DNA of 64,000 bases from Ostrea edulis (taxonomy: Eukaryota): NCBI RefSeq assembly GCF_947568905.1, contig NC_079172.1, forward strand, positions 69,874,001 through 69,938,000. The letters run 5' to 3'. Under the pieces are notes generated by a model. The model had not been told where the DNA came from and ran no database searches. It saw only the letters and a program-made list of their open reading frames with translations. Below are positions 1 to 14,340 of the stretch, in pieces (the stretch's first letter is position 1; each line of letters begins with the position of its first letter). The position numbers and the translations under genes were made by a program.

Positions 1-209
1 AGTTGGGCAAACACGGACCCCTGGACACACCAGAGGTGGGATCAAGTGCCCAGTGGGAAGAAGCAGTCCCTGTTACAGTATTGAGATTTTTATTTTCATC
101 TACAGAAAAAAATCTGTCATTTGTTAAGATTTATATAATAAACAAAATAATAGTATGTACTATATTTCTATGCAGATGATCTCTCAACACGCCAGATGTA
201 AGTCTATTG

Positions 210-535
210 TTTGATTAATTGATTGTATCTTGGTTAATGTCTCACTCGAGAATTTTTCATTCATATGGAGACGTCACCAAGACCGATGAAGGGCTCGGTG
301 CTTACGGTAATTGAGCAGTGAAGGTTCTTTAGCGTGCCACACTTACTGTGACACGGGTCATCCGTATTTAGGGTCATCTCCGAGGACCCGTGACATTCAC
401 TCCTGATACCGAACGTTTCGCGATGCAACTGTCGCTACCTGGTTTAACGACTTAGGTGTGTCACGGTCGGGATTCGAACCCCGGGCCTTCCGCATGCGGG
501 AAGAACGCTCTAACATCTCGGCCACCGCGGCGGTA
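210..535 (-). mobile_element. tRNA-derived SINE (family A)
   Basis: The minus strand starts with a tRNA-like head (GGCCGAGATGTTAGAGCG...GGTTCGAATCCC) and ends in a simple (AATC)-like tail. Related copies lie at ~48050-48380 and ~55540-55870, with tail fragments at ~23770, ~28490 and ~38140. Confidence 0.75.
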
Positions 536-755
536 GGATGTAAGTCTAGAGAAATCAAACAGGCATCAACCGTTTCAATAGTATGTAGAGAAACATTATC
601 GATGAGAACTTTCAGTTTACTTTATCATCCACCAAATCGTTCGATCAGTCGTTGTAATTTCTAAAATCACAGGTGTAATAGTTATTGTTTTTCGTTTGCG
701 GAACATGAATATATTGATTATTAAACTTCACACAAATCTATAGAGAGAAAGCAAT

Positions 756-757
<2 letters not shown>

Positions 758-813
<56 letters not shown>
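758..813. repeat. (TC)n microsatellite
   Basis: Perfect dinucleotide run. Confidence 0.95.
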
Positions 814-816
<3 letters not shown>

Positions 817-1055
817 AACGGACACATGGACATACTAGAGGTGGGATCAGGTGCCTAGGAGAAGTAAGCATCCCCTGTTGTTTTTGTGTTATACAGTACA
901 CAACACGAGTTTTATACACCTCACCGTGGAAAGACCACAGTGGAAAATCCACGGAGATACACCGTGTCCTCCGTGTTCCACGGTGTGTGTTATTTGCGAA
1001 TAAACACAACTGCTAGGTTTGTTGTGGCCACGGGCGCCTTGCAGGAGATGTGAAA

Positions 1056-2221
1056 ATGTGCCGCAGATTAAATAACCACGATAAAGGTGGAATTTTAAGA
1101 AAATAAAAAATGTCAAGGGATATTTCAAGCTGGAATGGCACAAAGTATCGTAGCAAGACACTTTGGAGTTCATCGGAACACGATCCAGTCATTATGGAGA
1201 CATTTCCAACAATCTGGTAACACTCGGAGTCGACCACGTTCTGGGCGTCCTCGTGTGACGTGCACTTGAGAAATCGTTTCCAGACAGCAAGTCTGACTGC
1301 TTGTAGCATCCCTGGACTTCGACCAATCAGTCCAAGAACCGTGCTTAATCGTCTATGCGAGCACAACATCAGACCAAGTCGTCCAGCGGTGCTCTCAGTG
1401 TGGTATAGAACTCAGAATACAGGACTGAGCCAATATTCTGTTCACTGATGAATCCAGATTTCATTTGGATAGCAGTGACGGCCGTTGTAGAGTGTATCGT
1501 CGCGTTGGGGAGCGGTACCAGGACGCTTGTGTTGTGCAACGTCGGTAATTCGGTGGAGGTAGCACTATGGTGTGGGGTGGAATAACAGCACGTGGAAGGA
1601 TCCCTCTACCAATTGTCAATGGAAATATCACCGGTGTACGCTATCGACATGAAATTATTCAGCGCCATGTGATACCATTCATACAGAGACAGCAAAATCA
1701 CATCACTCTGTAGCAAGACAACGCAAGGCCACTTGTTGCACGTGCAGTCAGGGACATTTTTGTTCAACAGAATATCGATGTCTTGCCTTGGCCAGCTGTT
1801 TCCCCGATTTATAGCCGATTGAGCACGTCTGTGATGAAATGGAACGACGTCTACGCCGTTTAACAAATCAGCCAGTGACATTGGATGATTTTAGGCCACG
1901 CTTTAACCAACATCTGGAACAACATTCCTCAAGCATTTCTGAACACTTTAGTGGCATCAATTAGGCACCGTTGTCAAGCATGCTTGAATGCAAATGGTGG
2001 TCACACGCGTTATTAACTTTGTTAATTCAAGTTCGAATACCAGTGTCTTTCGAGTGTGCTGAAATTGACGTTATTCGATGTTAACATTAATGGATTATGA
2101 AATGTTATAACGAATACATTTGTTAACAGTATTAAAAAAATAAAATTTGTTCATTGTTATTTTTTATTATTTTTTTCATATATTAAATAATGCACAGTTT
2201 CTTTTTTCCGCTAGTTTATAT
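1056..2221 (+). mobile_element. Degenerate Tc1/mariner transposon (transposase pseudogene 1056-2016, right terminus ~2221)
   Basis: Frameshifted translation gives HTH region QAGMAQSIVARHFGVHRNTI, RSGRPRVT, catalytic motifs FTDES, QDNA, SP(D)LxPIE and the terminal GGHTRY* typical of Tc1 transposases. There are several stops and frameshifts, and no left TIR was found. Confidence 0.85.
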
Positions 2222-2694
2222 ACACATGCATTAAGAAAATAAATCTATCTTTAGTCAAAATGTAGTATACCGAGATTACGATGAAAATGTCATGGACTCT
2301 AAACATTATAAAATATATTTTTTCTACTTTCTATATATAAAGGTATTTGTACATGTAGTACTGTAAACAATGTACATCAGAAATTTTCTTTTGTGTATGA
2401 TTGCTGCGTGCATTGGTGTGAAATTTACGATCATTTCATGAGAAATATATACATCCAGTACTTGCACAAAAATGTACTATACTTTATTGAGACTGAACAT
2501 ACAGATACAGGATTATAAAATAAACACAATAAAGGGGAAATTCGAAATATTCCGTATGAATAGACCATAGACCATCGTGCGCTCACCGTTCACCAAATTA
2601 TGTTCACCGTGTGTTTACCGTTCGCTCACCGTGCGTTCACCATTCAAAAGGGAAAATAGAACTTTTCAGGGACCGTATATTGCCAAACTACATG

Positions 2695-3110
2695 TAGATC
2701 ATTATAACGACCATAGAATTTGCAAAAGCTGACTTTAAACGAGACTGTTAAAACCCCTGTAATGTTGACTTGTTTGTCAGTAGCCTGCCTTGACTTAAAA
2801 ACTTATCATACGCATAACAGGCTCTTGTGTATCGAGTCAGTTGAAATATATACACACCAAATACATTTGATAATTGAATATTGCTACATAAATACGGAAC
2901 GTTGACGATGGGGAAATTGAAATCATCCTGTTTGTCATAAACATTAGTTGTTAGTTTGATGTTTATATCCATTTTCAATGTAGAATTGAAAATAACATGA
3001 GTTGAACAACTAGAACTGTTATCCAAAATAATAATGACGAGTATATTATTCAAGCATGATATATATTTTTGATAACTCATTAATCTTTATTGACATGAAA
3101 AGGTAAAGAT
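2695..3110 (-). mobile_element. Penelope-like retroelement fragment (RT C-terminal region)
   Basis: ORF 2748-3080 reads FNFPIVNVPYLCSNIQLSNVFGVYIFQLTRYTRAC...LLTNK, the conserved post-RT region of Penelope-like elements. Confidence 0.7.
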
Positions 3111-3826
3111 CTTCATCTTTCATATACATGTAGCAGATTCTATGGCAACGAGATACTGAAGTACATATACTCATGGCTTGTTGTAGTACATCTTTATTTC
3201 ATGAATTTAAAATTCGTCATTACGTACAGCTCAGGTAGTGGAAATTAACAATAGTGTAAATGAAATATCCTGTAAACCCTTCATTCTGGTGCCATGAGCC
3301 ATGTACATGTACCTTGATCAGGTAAACGAAACACTCCGTTTGTCAAATCAGTATGCTTACCTTTCCTAAAGATAGGTGTTATGCGAGGTGTAATCGGTCA
3401 ACTGGTCGAACTTCAAGTGTTTGCAGGAGTACTTGTCTGTCCTACTCTTGATTGTTTTATTCCTTATAGAATTTGAGATTTATTTCTGTTCATTATCTTT
3501 ACTCTTTTCATCAAAAAGAGTTTATTTAGATTTCCTCAATGACAATATATATATATATAGTCAGAAAAGAATAATCAATTAAGGAATTGCATTTCAGAAT
3601 TATTAATCCATTCTTTATAGTGACTATTTTCTTTTGACATACTCTATGCAATGATTATTTGCCTACTTGCTTCAACATATCACTATTACCTAATGCATTT
3701 TCGCAGATGAATATTCATATTCTTATGTATTGCTAATGCGATTGTTTTTGCAAAATGTACAATACCTTCAATTTTAGTATCCTTTTGATTGAGTTGTAAA
3801 CATTTTTAATCATCTTACATTTTCAG

Positions 3827-6800
3827 TATTAAAACTTCCTGGAACATCTTTAGAGACAGGTATGTATAACTACAACTATTCCATAATGAAAGATACCAGA
3901 TGGTTTACCTAAAACTTGAACTTGTTTCTTCATGTGCCTAGATTTATAACCTCGTCAGTTTCGTCGTTGTATAAATAAAAAAAATAAGTGGAATGAATTG
4001 TGTTTCATACAAATTGTCTGGCATTGCTTTTGATGCAGATTTGCCTACAGGTTGGTCCATTTACCTGATCAACAGAGATGGTTCGCGGTGGGTGTAACAA
4101 TTCAACAGTAGATAATCATTCCTTGTCATCCGAGTTTCATGTTATTCCTAAATCACATGTTCATTTGTCATTTCAGAACCTGTGTTTGAAAAGGAGGAAA
4201 TATTACCTGAATTTTATACATGGCTGAACGATAAGTACAAGGACATAAAAGTCGTTCGGTTATACATTGGAAAACAAGACCTTGGGCAAAACGGATCTAC
4301 AAAAGATGTTATAGTATTAGTCCTTGACGGTTTCAGTGTTATTAAAGAGGATGCATATGAACATCGGAGAATCACATTTCCTATCATTTGTAAACTTTGG
4401 AAGTTTCTGCCAGTGGAGGAATTGATCAGTAGTCCTGATCCATTTTCGAACTCCGAATTCCCAACAAAAGTAGAATTATGCATTCAGAGTATATCAAAAA
4501 GTCTTTTTAAAGAACATTCAAACCTGGAAAGTATCAGTGCATCTTTTTATCGCTTGAAGGATATTGGAGAAGAAAAGAAACGTCTACCTGAGCTTTGCAT
4601 TGTGTTGTACTGCTCTTGTAAAGGTGTTGTACCGCTTCACGAACAAGAATTTCCAAAAATTATCAAAGGAATAAAGACTGATGTTAGAGAAGGTTTCTTT
4701 CACTTGTTTGGAATTGATGATTTTTTCAAGAGATCAACAGACGTTCTCAATCCATTAATGATGGGTGCAAGCATTAGTAAAAAGGGTAAATCATATTATT
4801 GAAACCAGGATTTTTTTTTATTATTGCTACATTGCAGATGATATCAAGTTGTGTAGAATTTAATTCATGCTGATTTTAGTATCAATTAAATACCAATAAT
4901 AATCAATTAGATTATACTTCATTTTTTTATCGAAACGTTACTCACATTAATTTTAGTCATTTCTAATTCAGATATAGAAGGACTTATGAAATCATTATTC
5001 TTAACCTTATGCAGCTGTTTCTATTGCAGATGATAATAATGGAGGTACCCTCGGAGGATTCGTCACCTTGGAAAATGGGGATATAGGATTCATAACTTGT
5101 GCACACGTGTTCTTCGATCTGTCAGGTCAATGTGATCCATCAGCTAAGTTTGATATTGTGCAACCATCTTATGGTTATTTGAATACCAATACAGTATGTG
5201 GTACCCATGCAAGATCGTGCTTCCCGACATCTCAGTCAGATATCAATGCTTGCACCATTGACGCAGCACTCGTTAAACTAACAGACCGTGTTCCCGAAAG
5301 AGGATTATTTGCCGATCTTACTGTAGATAACTTAAAGGAGAATGGTTAGAAAACTTTGTTTTTATGATTTTCTAATGCTTATTCACTTAAGTACTATTGA
5401 AACCTTAGGAAAAAATCATAGAAGCACATATTCTCAATTCAAAGTATGTAAAATGATTTTAACTGTGTGTTTTAAGATGATTCGGAATTTGTTCCATCGA
5501 TCTATAGATCTCCACAATTTTGTTATATGAAAATCAAGAAGGGTACCTCCTGTCACTATTCAAAGAATATGACCTCTTGGTTTTTCAATTTTCTTCAGTA
5601 GGATATTCTAAACATAACAATAGTTGATGCAAGTTTCATGGATTTATAAAATATTTCCATAGTTCCATTCAGCACAAACTAATGGTGTTGACGTCAAATA
5701 AACAATTGTTTTCAGTTGGCTTTAATATCAAACAATACTCATCATGCTTTCTATTTCATTTTCTCTGAAACACTTCAAAGAAGCTTACATGAATAACGTC
5801 AAAACATACAACTTTGGAACACTCTTCGAGTTCATATTAAAATGACTCTAGAGTTCCTTATTGACAATATCTACCTGGTCTTTGGTGTTTAAGTTTTCCA
5901 ACAGTCTGTTGGAATTCCCATAGGCACGAATGTCGTTCCTTTTTTTTTTAGCTGATCTGGGTTTTTTATTTTGTATTCCTTGTGGGAATTATAAGATTGA
6001 TCACTGTTCGTTATCTTCGCCTTTTTATTATTAAGGGCAGAATTTATTCAAATAGTTTCTACATGAGAAGAAAATTATCTTCCTTTGGGCTTGATAGATA
6101 TACCGGTCACCAATAATTATTTTCATTTATATGCCATATCGGTATATCCCTGTGAAGTCGAAATTTGTTGAACATTGATGTCAAAGACAAACTAACACCA
6201 TATTTCAAGACAAACGAGATGACTTCAGATTTGCATTCATTAACGCTCCATATTCATGTAGTAACATTCCATTATCACCTGTATGAAAGGCGAACATAAC
6301 GAACAGCGATCCATCTCATAACTCCCACAAAGAATACAAAATAAAGAGTTCGGCAAACACGGACCCCTGGACATACCAGAGGTGTGATCAGGTGACTAAG
6401 AGGAGTAAGCATTTTCTGTTGACCGGTCACACCCGCCGTGAGCCCTATGATTTGATTAGGTAAACGGAGTTATCCGTAGTCAACCTCAGTGTGCCGAGAA
6501 CGACCTTACAATCACTATGAAACACGTCAGACAGCATTTGACCCAATGATAGGTTATTTGGGCAAACTAGATCATGATAACGACCATAGAATTTGCAAAT
6601 TTCTCACTTTAAACGAGACTGTTGAAACCCCTATAGCATCAACTTGTTTCTCAGTAGCCTGTCTCGAATTAAAAACAGATCATATGCTAAACCAGCTCTT
6701 ACGTATCGAATCAGTTAAGAGATATACACATCATATACAGGTGGAATATTGCTACATAATTATGGATAGTTGACGGCGGAGAAGGTGAAAGCATCCCCTT

Positions 6801-9291
6801 TGTCTTAAAGTTGAGTTCTTAGAAATATCCATTTTCAACCAAATATCTAAGTACGAAGCAGAGGTGGAGGATTCCGTTGTGTCTTTTATCTCAAATTCAC
6901 AGGGTATATATATTGAATCGACATATGAATGAAAATGATTATTGTTGATAGATAGAACGTCGCCGATATATCGAAATGTCGATTTGAAGGCCAAAGTAAG
7001 AAATTTTTTCTTCTCATGAGAAAACTTTTAAATAAACTATGCTTAATAAGAGTATAAAAACATGTCAGCTAACAAAGGAGCACCTCTTGTTTAAAGGCAA
7101 GATAGTTGTGGGTTGTTTTTTTTACCAAGAATGTGACGCGTTTAGGTTATTTGTTACATATCAAGCCTTTTTTTTCAGAAACGCTTTTTATGTTGTTAGC
7201 TCATATTGCATTGTACAGAGAAAATGCTTGACATCAAGGGTCAAACAGAAAAAGAAGAGAAATGAATGCAAAGGTGAAGATCACAATCACTGAATGCAAA
7301 ATTAAGAGTAGGGAAACACTTACACTAGACCAACGGCATACTATTTCGTACGAAGCACACCAGACAGCAAAATGTTGACTTCAAAAAGACTATACTATTG
7401 AGACCTACGTAACATAAATTTATTGGTCAGTAGCTTGCCTAAGATAATTAAACGCCAATGGGAAAGAACTGAAACTGAAATTTATGAGAATTGAAGATAA
7501 CGAACAGTGATCAAACTCATATATTTCATAAAGAAGGCACAATTAAGTGTTGGGCAAACACGGACCCCTGGACACATTAAAGGTGGGATAAGGTGCCTAG
7601 AAAGAATAAGTATCCCATGTTGACCAATCACACCCGCTGTGAACCCTTGATCAGGTAAATGGAGTGATTCGGAGTCAAAAGCAGTAGGTAAAGGACGGCC
7701 TAACAATTGATATGAAACTCATCAGACAACGTTAGACCTAATAGCAAGTTGTAATTGTAAATTGTATCACTGTAACGACCATAAAATATGCAAAATGCTG
7801 ACTTTAAATGGTTCAATTGAGCTAAGTAAGTAATTTAGATTGCGCTTTTGTTATATAGTTTCTTTTTCTTCAATTTCAACATTTTAGTTGCAAGTTTTAT
7901 TTGTATACTGAATGCATTTCATAATTCTATTGATAAATGTTATTAAGAAAGAAATGCTTTTTCAGCTATTTTCTCGTTTTCAGGGAACAATTTAAAAACA
8001 GCAAATTGATGTGTTGGTGTATTCCATGATGTGCATTTGCAAACTTATAAAAAGAGAAAATTGCCCTATAGTAACTTAGATCGGATGATCTACTAAAATA
8101 AAAATAATGCTTACATATGAGTTCAACTGAGCGAAAACTACATATAAATCATGTCAACACTTTTCATATCTGATTTCATGAATCATAGAAACGAAATTTG
8201 AATTCTAATCATTTCACGTAGCAACAAAGCGTTCATGCTGACTTTTGTTGAAGTCATTAATGACGCAAGTTATCTTTTTATCCTTAATACTCTTTTTAAC
8301 ATTAAATGCACTTACTTTTTAACTGGATATATTGTGCCAGAGATGGTCTATGTTTAGGAATGTTACAAAAACATCCGTCTAGGGGGGGTGTTCCTACACT
8401 AAGTCAAATTATATAGCATAATTGAAACATATATTATAAATAACATTCAATCCTTGATTTTAAAATGAGTATTACTTGCACTATTTTCTTATTTTTATTT
8501 TTTTTTTTTAGATTTTTATTTGAATACAGACTCCTATATCCGACTTTAATTTCATGCACAAAAGATCGCTTTGAGGAAAGTTGGAAAACCGGGTGTTACT
8601 AAATTTTTGTTTACGCCACCTTAGAGATGTGTAAAATCAACGTTGTCTGACTGATCGGGGAGGTGACTTCAAGTCATCCTTCTTGAATCCCGTGTATAGA
8701 GAGATCTTCTAGATCTGGATGTGTGTAATTGCTTATAAAACTGGTGTATTATTGAATTACAAAACATATCCTAACCTTTTTACCAAATCATGCGCAGTGT
8801 AAATCCATGTCTTACAATGTAGACAGTTATGTTTTGCAGGATATAGCATAGATAACCTCCCCGAATATAGTACAGCGGATATTCGTGATAGTGAAGAGGC
8901 TGGACGTCTGATGTTGCCTTGTGTCAAATGGGGAGCAAAAACTGGATTTACAAGAGGCATGCTTCGTTTGGCGGGAACCGCTGTCAGGTGGACCAATGAG
9001 TCGATTAATCTTGGCAACCCGTCCTCTCAGTGCTCATTCATATTCAATAAACAACTTGAGATACAGGGAATAGGTGGTACGTCATTTGCTCTTCCGGGAG
9101 ACTCTGGGGCTCTTGTTTTTCAGCTGGATCCAGCAAAGAAAGAAAACGAAGATCATCAGTTACATTGTATTGGTATGGTTGTGGGTGGCATATCGGCTGG
9201 GAAAACAATTGTCACGCCTATCAGACCTATTCTTGAGGCTCTGAATGTAAAACTGCACAAGTTTTCTCAAGAAAAAATGGATGATTCCTAG
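3827..9291 (+). CDS. NAL1/Ssy5-like trypsin-fold serine protease (5'-incomplete, 4 exons seen)
   Basis: Phase-consistent GT-AG exons: 3827-3859, 4177-4785, 5030-5344, 8840-9291 (TAG); all introns are phase 1. Motifs: GTLGGFV, GFITCAHV (His), IDAALVKL (Asp), KWGAKTGFTRG, FALPGDSGALV (Ser), CIGMVVGG. The pro-region motif CIVLYCSCKGVVPLHEQEFP...TDVREGFF resembles the NAL1 N-domain. AATAAA at ~9423 and ~9527. No start exon was identified. Confidence 0.8.
5840..6990. mobile_element. Penelope-like fragments in both orientations, inside the protease intron
   Basis: The + strand ~5850-5950 reads LEFLIDNIY...FQQSVGIPIGTN (RT motif). The - strand 6752-6994 reads FRYI(G)DVLSINN...SASYLD. The 3' terminal repeat shared with 1-70, 815-880 and 7480-7800 is also present. 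Confidence 0.75.
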
Positions 9292-9719
9292 CTGACATAT
9301 CAGCATTCAATCCACCCAAGTCTTGAAACGCCTACCACAACACTATATCTCTCAAGAAGCTGGGCTTCGCCATTATGTTTTGAAGTTGCCCTGCTTTAAA
9401 CCGTTTTGAATGGTACTAATGCAATAAAGCATACCCGTGTATACTCCAAAAGACTTGTACAGTTATTTTCCTTTATATGTAATTCATATTTCCTTGTTAC
9501 AAATTCGTGAAATTTGAATTTTTACAATAAAAACTCTGTTATATGTATTCTTATATGATTTTTGTTTGTTCAAATAAAGAAGATATGATTGTATATATAA
9601 AAACTAGCAAGATATGAAACGTATGAATTAAGTCGAAGTTTATGCCAATCAATGGGCTAAATATTAAAAGGAAGAACTTTATACCTTATTAGAATGGATT
9701 AAAAGTATAAGAGGAATAT

Positions 9720-10965
9720 CAAAATCCCGTAATAGACACATCAAAACCAAAGTAATTACCATCTATCCTTAGTGTTCAGTAAACCGGAAGCGATCAAAGA
9801 GGTAGATAGGTTACATGAGGAATATGTTTTGTTCCAGCTGACAAAGCTTGAAACAACATTATTTTTGTTTGTAAGTTCATTATTGCAACTGTATTTCAAA
9901 CAAACTTAATTAATTTCACATTTGGTAATTGCACTTTTACTCTAACCGTCTTTTCAAATGATGAAATTCTTCAAAACCATGCTTCAATTTAAACATATTT
10001 AATATTACAGACAATGGAATGGATGAATATGAGTTACCGTTCCTATACTACATTTCTAAACTTTATGAAAACCATTACAAAAAGAGATACATTGCTGGAT
10101 CGAATAAATGTTCTCTCAATTGTAAACGCCTATCTTTGCTCCTCACGGAAATATTAACAGCTGTGATGAAGAAACTCTGCAACAATATATGCCAGAAGTG
10201 GTGTCAATCAAATGGGGATTCTAAAATGAATTCTAAAGACGTTTTAGTAAATTTGAAATACAAAACTTCTCAAATTAACAACATCAAAACATACGACTTT
10301 TAACACTTTACATGACCATTCCTCAAGATCAATTAAAGACATTTTGATATCATAGATAGTTGCTTCTTGAACAAAAATGGAAAAAGGAATTATTCGTATC
10401 TAGTGATCAGTCATTAAAAAATTACTTTAAACACCACTCTGAATCCACGCACAAGTAATCTGAATTTCAAATAAACATTTACTGGAATTCGTCATTGACA
10501 ATATCTTCGTAGTCTTTGGTGATCAGGTTTTCCAACAGGGCCTCCGTGGTCGAGTGATTAGAGCATCGCACTCAAAATTACACGGCCTCTCACCTCTACT
10601 CGGCGCGGATTCGAATCCCACTCGCGCCGTAAGTGAGATAGTTTCCCAGTTTACTAGCGGATGGTGGGTGGTCTCTTCCCAGGTACATTGTATCTGGGTT
10701 CTCTCTTCCACTAATTAAATACTGGCGCCACCAGATAACTGAAAAATTGTTGAGTGTGGTGGAAAAACAGCAATAAATCAATCCAACAGTCTGTTGGAAT
10801 TCCCATGGGCATGAAATGTGCTGCTTTGTTAGCTGACCTGTTTTTATATTCTTATGAAAAAGAGTTTAATCAAAACATAAGAAGAAAAAATATCTTGCTG
10901 TGGTCTTCAACTCGATATATAGATATATCAACAACGTTTCATTTATGAACAATAATCAGTTTCAT
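9720..10965 (+). mobile_element. Penelope-like retroelement fragment (RT N-terminal half), interrupted by a SINE
   Basis: Degenerate frames read DRLHEEYV..PADKA, KLY...YKKRYIAGS.KCS, and QQSVGIPMGMKCAALLADLFLYSYE (10754-10948). Confidence 0.75.
10539..10782 (+). mobile_element. tRNA-derived SINE (family B) with 7-bp TSD CCAACAG
   Basis: Head GGCCTCCGTGGTCGAGTGATTAGAGC...GGATTCGAATCCC. TSD at 10532-10538 and 10783-10789. A second copy lies on - at ~62283-62520, flanked by CTTCCTTTCAG duplications (62272-62282 and 62522-62532). Confidence 0.85.
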
Positions 10966-10967
10966 TC

Positions 10968-13900
10968 ATAATAATAATAAATTCATTTTGTAAAGCGTAA
11001 AATCCATATTGCTCTAAACCCTATTTAAATAACAATAAAATAAGTATAACAGGTTGTATAAGAACAAATGAGTAGTAGGTGAAGATAAGGAGTCCGATAT
11101 GATTGCATAACATAGTAATCTTGACTTAGATTTCATCTGCACAGACTAGTTATAATAAATTGTAAACAGATGAGTCTTTAGTTTGGATTTAAAGATAGAG
11201 ACTAGCAGCAGTTCTGATATCATATGGTAGAGCATTACACAGTTTAGGGCCAGCCACACTAAAAGCTCGTTTTAATAACAGATGAGGTGGTAAATGGCAC
11301 TTGTAGTAGGCTCTGATCACTGGACCGCAGAGTTCTGGAGGGAGCATAGGGTGTTATGAGTTCCTGCAGATAGGATGGAGCCATGATGTTGACTGTTTTG
11401 TACACTAACACAAATGTCTTAAAGATGACTCTCTGCTGATGGAATAACTTTTTTAAAATTGGAAGCCGATGGAGGGAGCGTAATACTGGTGTAATGCTGT
11501 CGTATTTGCGGGTGCCTGAGATGACTCTGGCTGCAGCGATTTGGATGGATTGGAGCCGCTGGATCTGCTTTGATGGTAAGCCGTAGTAAAGAGAGTTGCA
11601 GTAGTCCAGCTTTATTGTTATGAAGGCATGGACAACACATTCCAGCGATTCCCTGTCCAGATATATCCTCCGCTGGCTCAGGTTCTTAAGGTGGATGAAG
11701 GCACCTATGCACACTGATGATATATGTGTCTCGATGGTCATGTGAGAGTCAATGGTTACACCAACGCCCTTGGCCTTAGTAACAGGAGTGATGGAGTCGT
11801 CTCCTAATTGCAGTGATGGTATGTGCAGCTTAGAGGTCATTTGTTTGGAGGATATCACTAGCACATCAGTCTTGTCTGTGTTGATCTTGAGGTGATGCTG
11901 AGCCATCCAGGTTTGAACTGACTTCAAGCAAGACTCCATCTGAATGACTACAAGAGCGGACTGTTGGACTTTAAAGCTGATATACAGTTCATTATCGTCA
12001 GCATACCTGTGGTACAAGACATTGTTCTTTCTGAGAAGGGCCCCCAGGGATGTTGTGTAGATGTTGAACAGAACAGGCCTGAGGACCGATCCCTGGGGGA
12101 CACTGCAGCCTAACTCAGTGGCACCAGACTTCGCTCCCTTCACTTTAACAATCTGGGTCCTATTGGTAAGATAGGACGCAAACCACGTGAGCACAGTGTT
12201 CTTAATTCCAAGGTCCTTGAGTATTTGCAGCAAGCGTAAATTATCTACAGTGTCAAAGGCAGTTGATACGTCCAATTGTACTAACAAGACAGCCTTCTGC
12301 TCTCCAATGACAAAAACCACATCGTTGTGAACTCGCAGAAGTGCCGTCTCAGTAATATGTCCCTGACGGTAAGCACTTTGGAATGGCTCCAGTAGATTGT
12401 TCTCACTGAGGTAGGTTTGTATATGTGCTGCTACAACCTTCTCAATCAACTTGGATAGATATGCAGGATTAGACACTGGCCGGTAGTTCTTTGGTATGTC
12501 AGGGTCCAGTGAAGCCTTTTTCAGAAGTGGTGTCACAATAGCTTCTTTGAAAGATGTTGGGAAGGAACCACTTTCAAGTGATTCATTTATGATAGAATTG
12601 ATGACGGGAGCAAGAACTGTGACTTCTTGCTTCACAAGAGATGTAGGAATAGGGTCTTGTTGACAGATGACCTAATCAACTTTGTGACTTCATCCACAGC
12701 AACATGTTGGAAATGACTAAGTTTAGTTTCATCGTTGAGTGCTGGTGGGCCAACAAGTGGATTGTGATTGTCACATGTAATGGAGCTGCGAATTCGTGTA
12801 ATTTTCTGCACAAAAAAGTCACTGAACATGTCAGCCAGATCTGATGGTAATTTGTCGGCAGGCAGTGGAGAGGTGGAGTTCCTACCAAGCAACATGTTGA
12901 CCACTCTGAAATGCTGCTTATTGTCACCTTTGTTATCAAGCACCAAAGTCCTGTAATGCTGGGGCTTAGCCGCATCAATGAGTGTATTCACCTCTTCCCT
13001 GCACTGAATGTTAATCTCTCTGTGTACCATGAGTCCCGATTTGCGCCACAGTCTCTCAGCTTGTCTGCGCCTCAGCTTCGCCTCTCTGATAGAGCTGTTG
13101 TACCACTCACATTCTGGTCTGATGGTGATCGTGCGAGTTATAAGTGGTGCGAGCGAGCCCATAATGGAAGAGAGTTCACTGCTGTAGAGTTCTGTGAAGT
13201 CAGTGAGTGACATCTCGATTGCCGCTGATGAACACAGAGTGGAGCTGGTGAAAACTTGACTGAGAGCACGGGGGCCAATGGCCTTGACCTTTCGATAAGT
13301 CACTGGCTATTTAGGAAGCTGGGATTTGGAAATCGAGAGATTCACAAAAACAGGAAATGATCCGGGAAGCCATGGTCCTCAACAAGGGTGGTAAGCACAA
13401 GAGAGTCCACTGACCTGGATAGAACAAGGTCCTGTGTGTGACTGCCACGATGGGTGTTGCTGGAAGCCACAGGATGTCACCAGAGAGAGAAATGCAGCAG
13501 CATCAGCATCACTGGAATTATCAATGTGGAAGTTGAAATCACCCACGATAAGTAGAGGTAGTGCATGAAACCAATTGTTCAAGGTAAGCAGAGAACTTGC
13601 TGAAAAACTGCTTCACTGTGTAGTTGTTGCCTCTAGAAGGGGGTGGACGATATACAACACATAAACGTAGTATCTGAGTAGCATTCACACTACAGTCCAA
13701 TACCTCAAATGACTCCATAGAATAAGTGTCTGATGTAGGTTTAACATTGAGGTTAGACCTATGAATGCGCCTGTTCCTCCACCACGGGATATGCGAGGAT
13801 TGTGTTTGATGCTGTAACCAGGGGGTAGAAGTGCACTGATGATAGGATTGTCTGTCTGAACCTGTGAGCCAAGTCTCTGTGAGACACATAATGTCTGAGT

Positions 13901-14340
13901 CCTGCTCATTGATGAAGTCATCTAGGCTAGTGGTCTTGTTACACACTGACCAGGGATTTAGTAAGCAGATGTTAAAATGTCTCGCTTTGGCTTTGGAGGT
14001 GTGCCATGAGGAATCCCTAGATGGTTTGTGTTGGTCACCGTGATTGCAGACCTGAGAGGAACCCCCCTGTGATGTAATGTTTATGTCAGCCAGCAGAACC
14101 AGGTTGTTATAGTCTGCCTTACGTGCCCGATCTGGCTTACCCTCTCGTTCACATCTCAACCGCCCAACACAAACTGTGTTGATGTGTCTAACAAACTTTC
14201 GTCCTGCCTTTGTGCTTCTTTCACGAGAATGTTTAGTACGACCTGCCAAAGGCAGATCTATTGGTTTTGCAAGACACATCATACAGCTATTGAATATCTT
14301 GACATGCATGAAATTTGATAGAGTGACCTACAAATACAAT
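10968..14340 (-). mobile_element. L2/CR1-type LINE, ORF2 (APE + RT) broken by frameshifts
   Basis: APE motifs LLNPWSV, CLTETWL, VVYRPP, VGDFNFH. RT motifs NYRPVS, LDVSTAFDTVD, PQGSVL, YADD. The 3' end has the AGCGCT-like stem region and a (TTA)n tail at 10968-10980. Confidence 0.9.

Noticed and set aside
11259-12635. 458-aa ORF as a host gene
   Set aside because: It is LINE reverse transcriptase within a frameshifted element that has a 3' tail.
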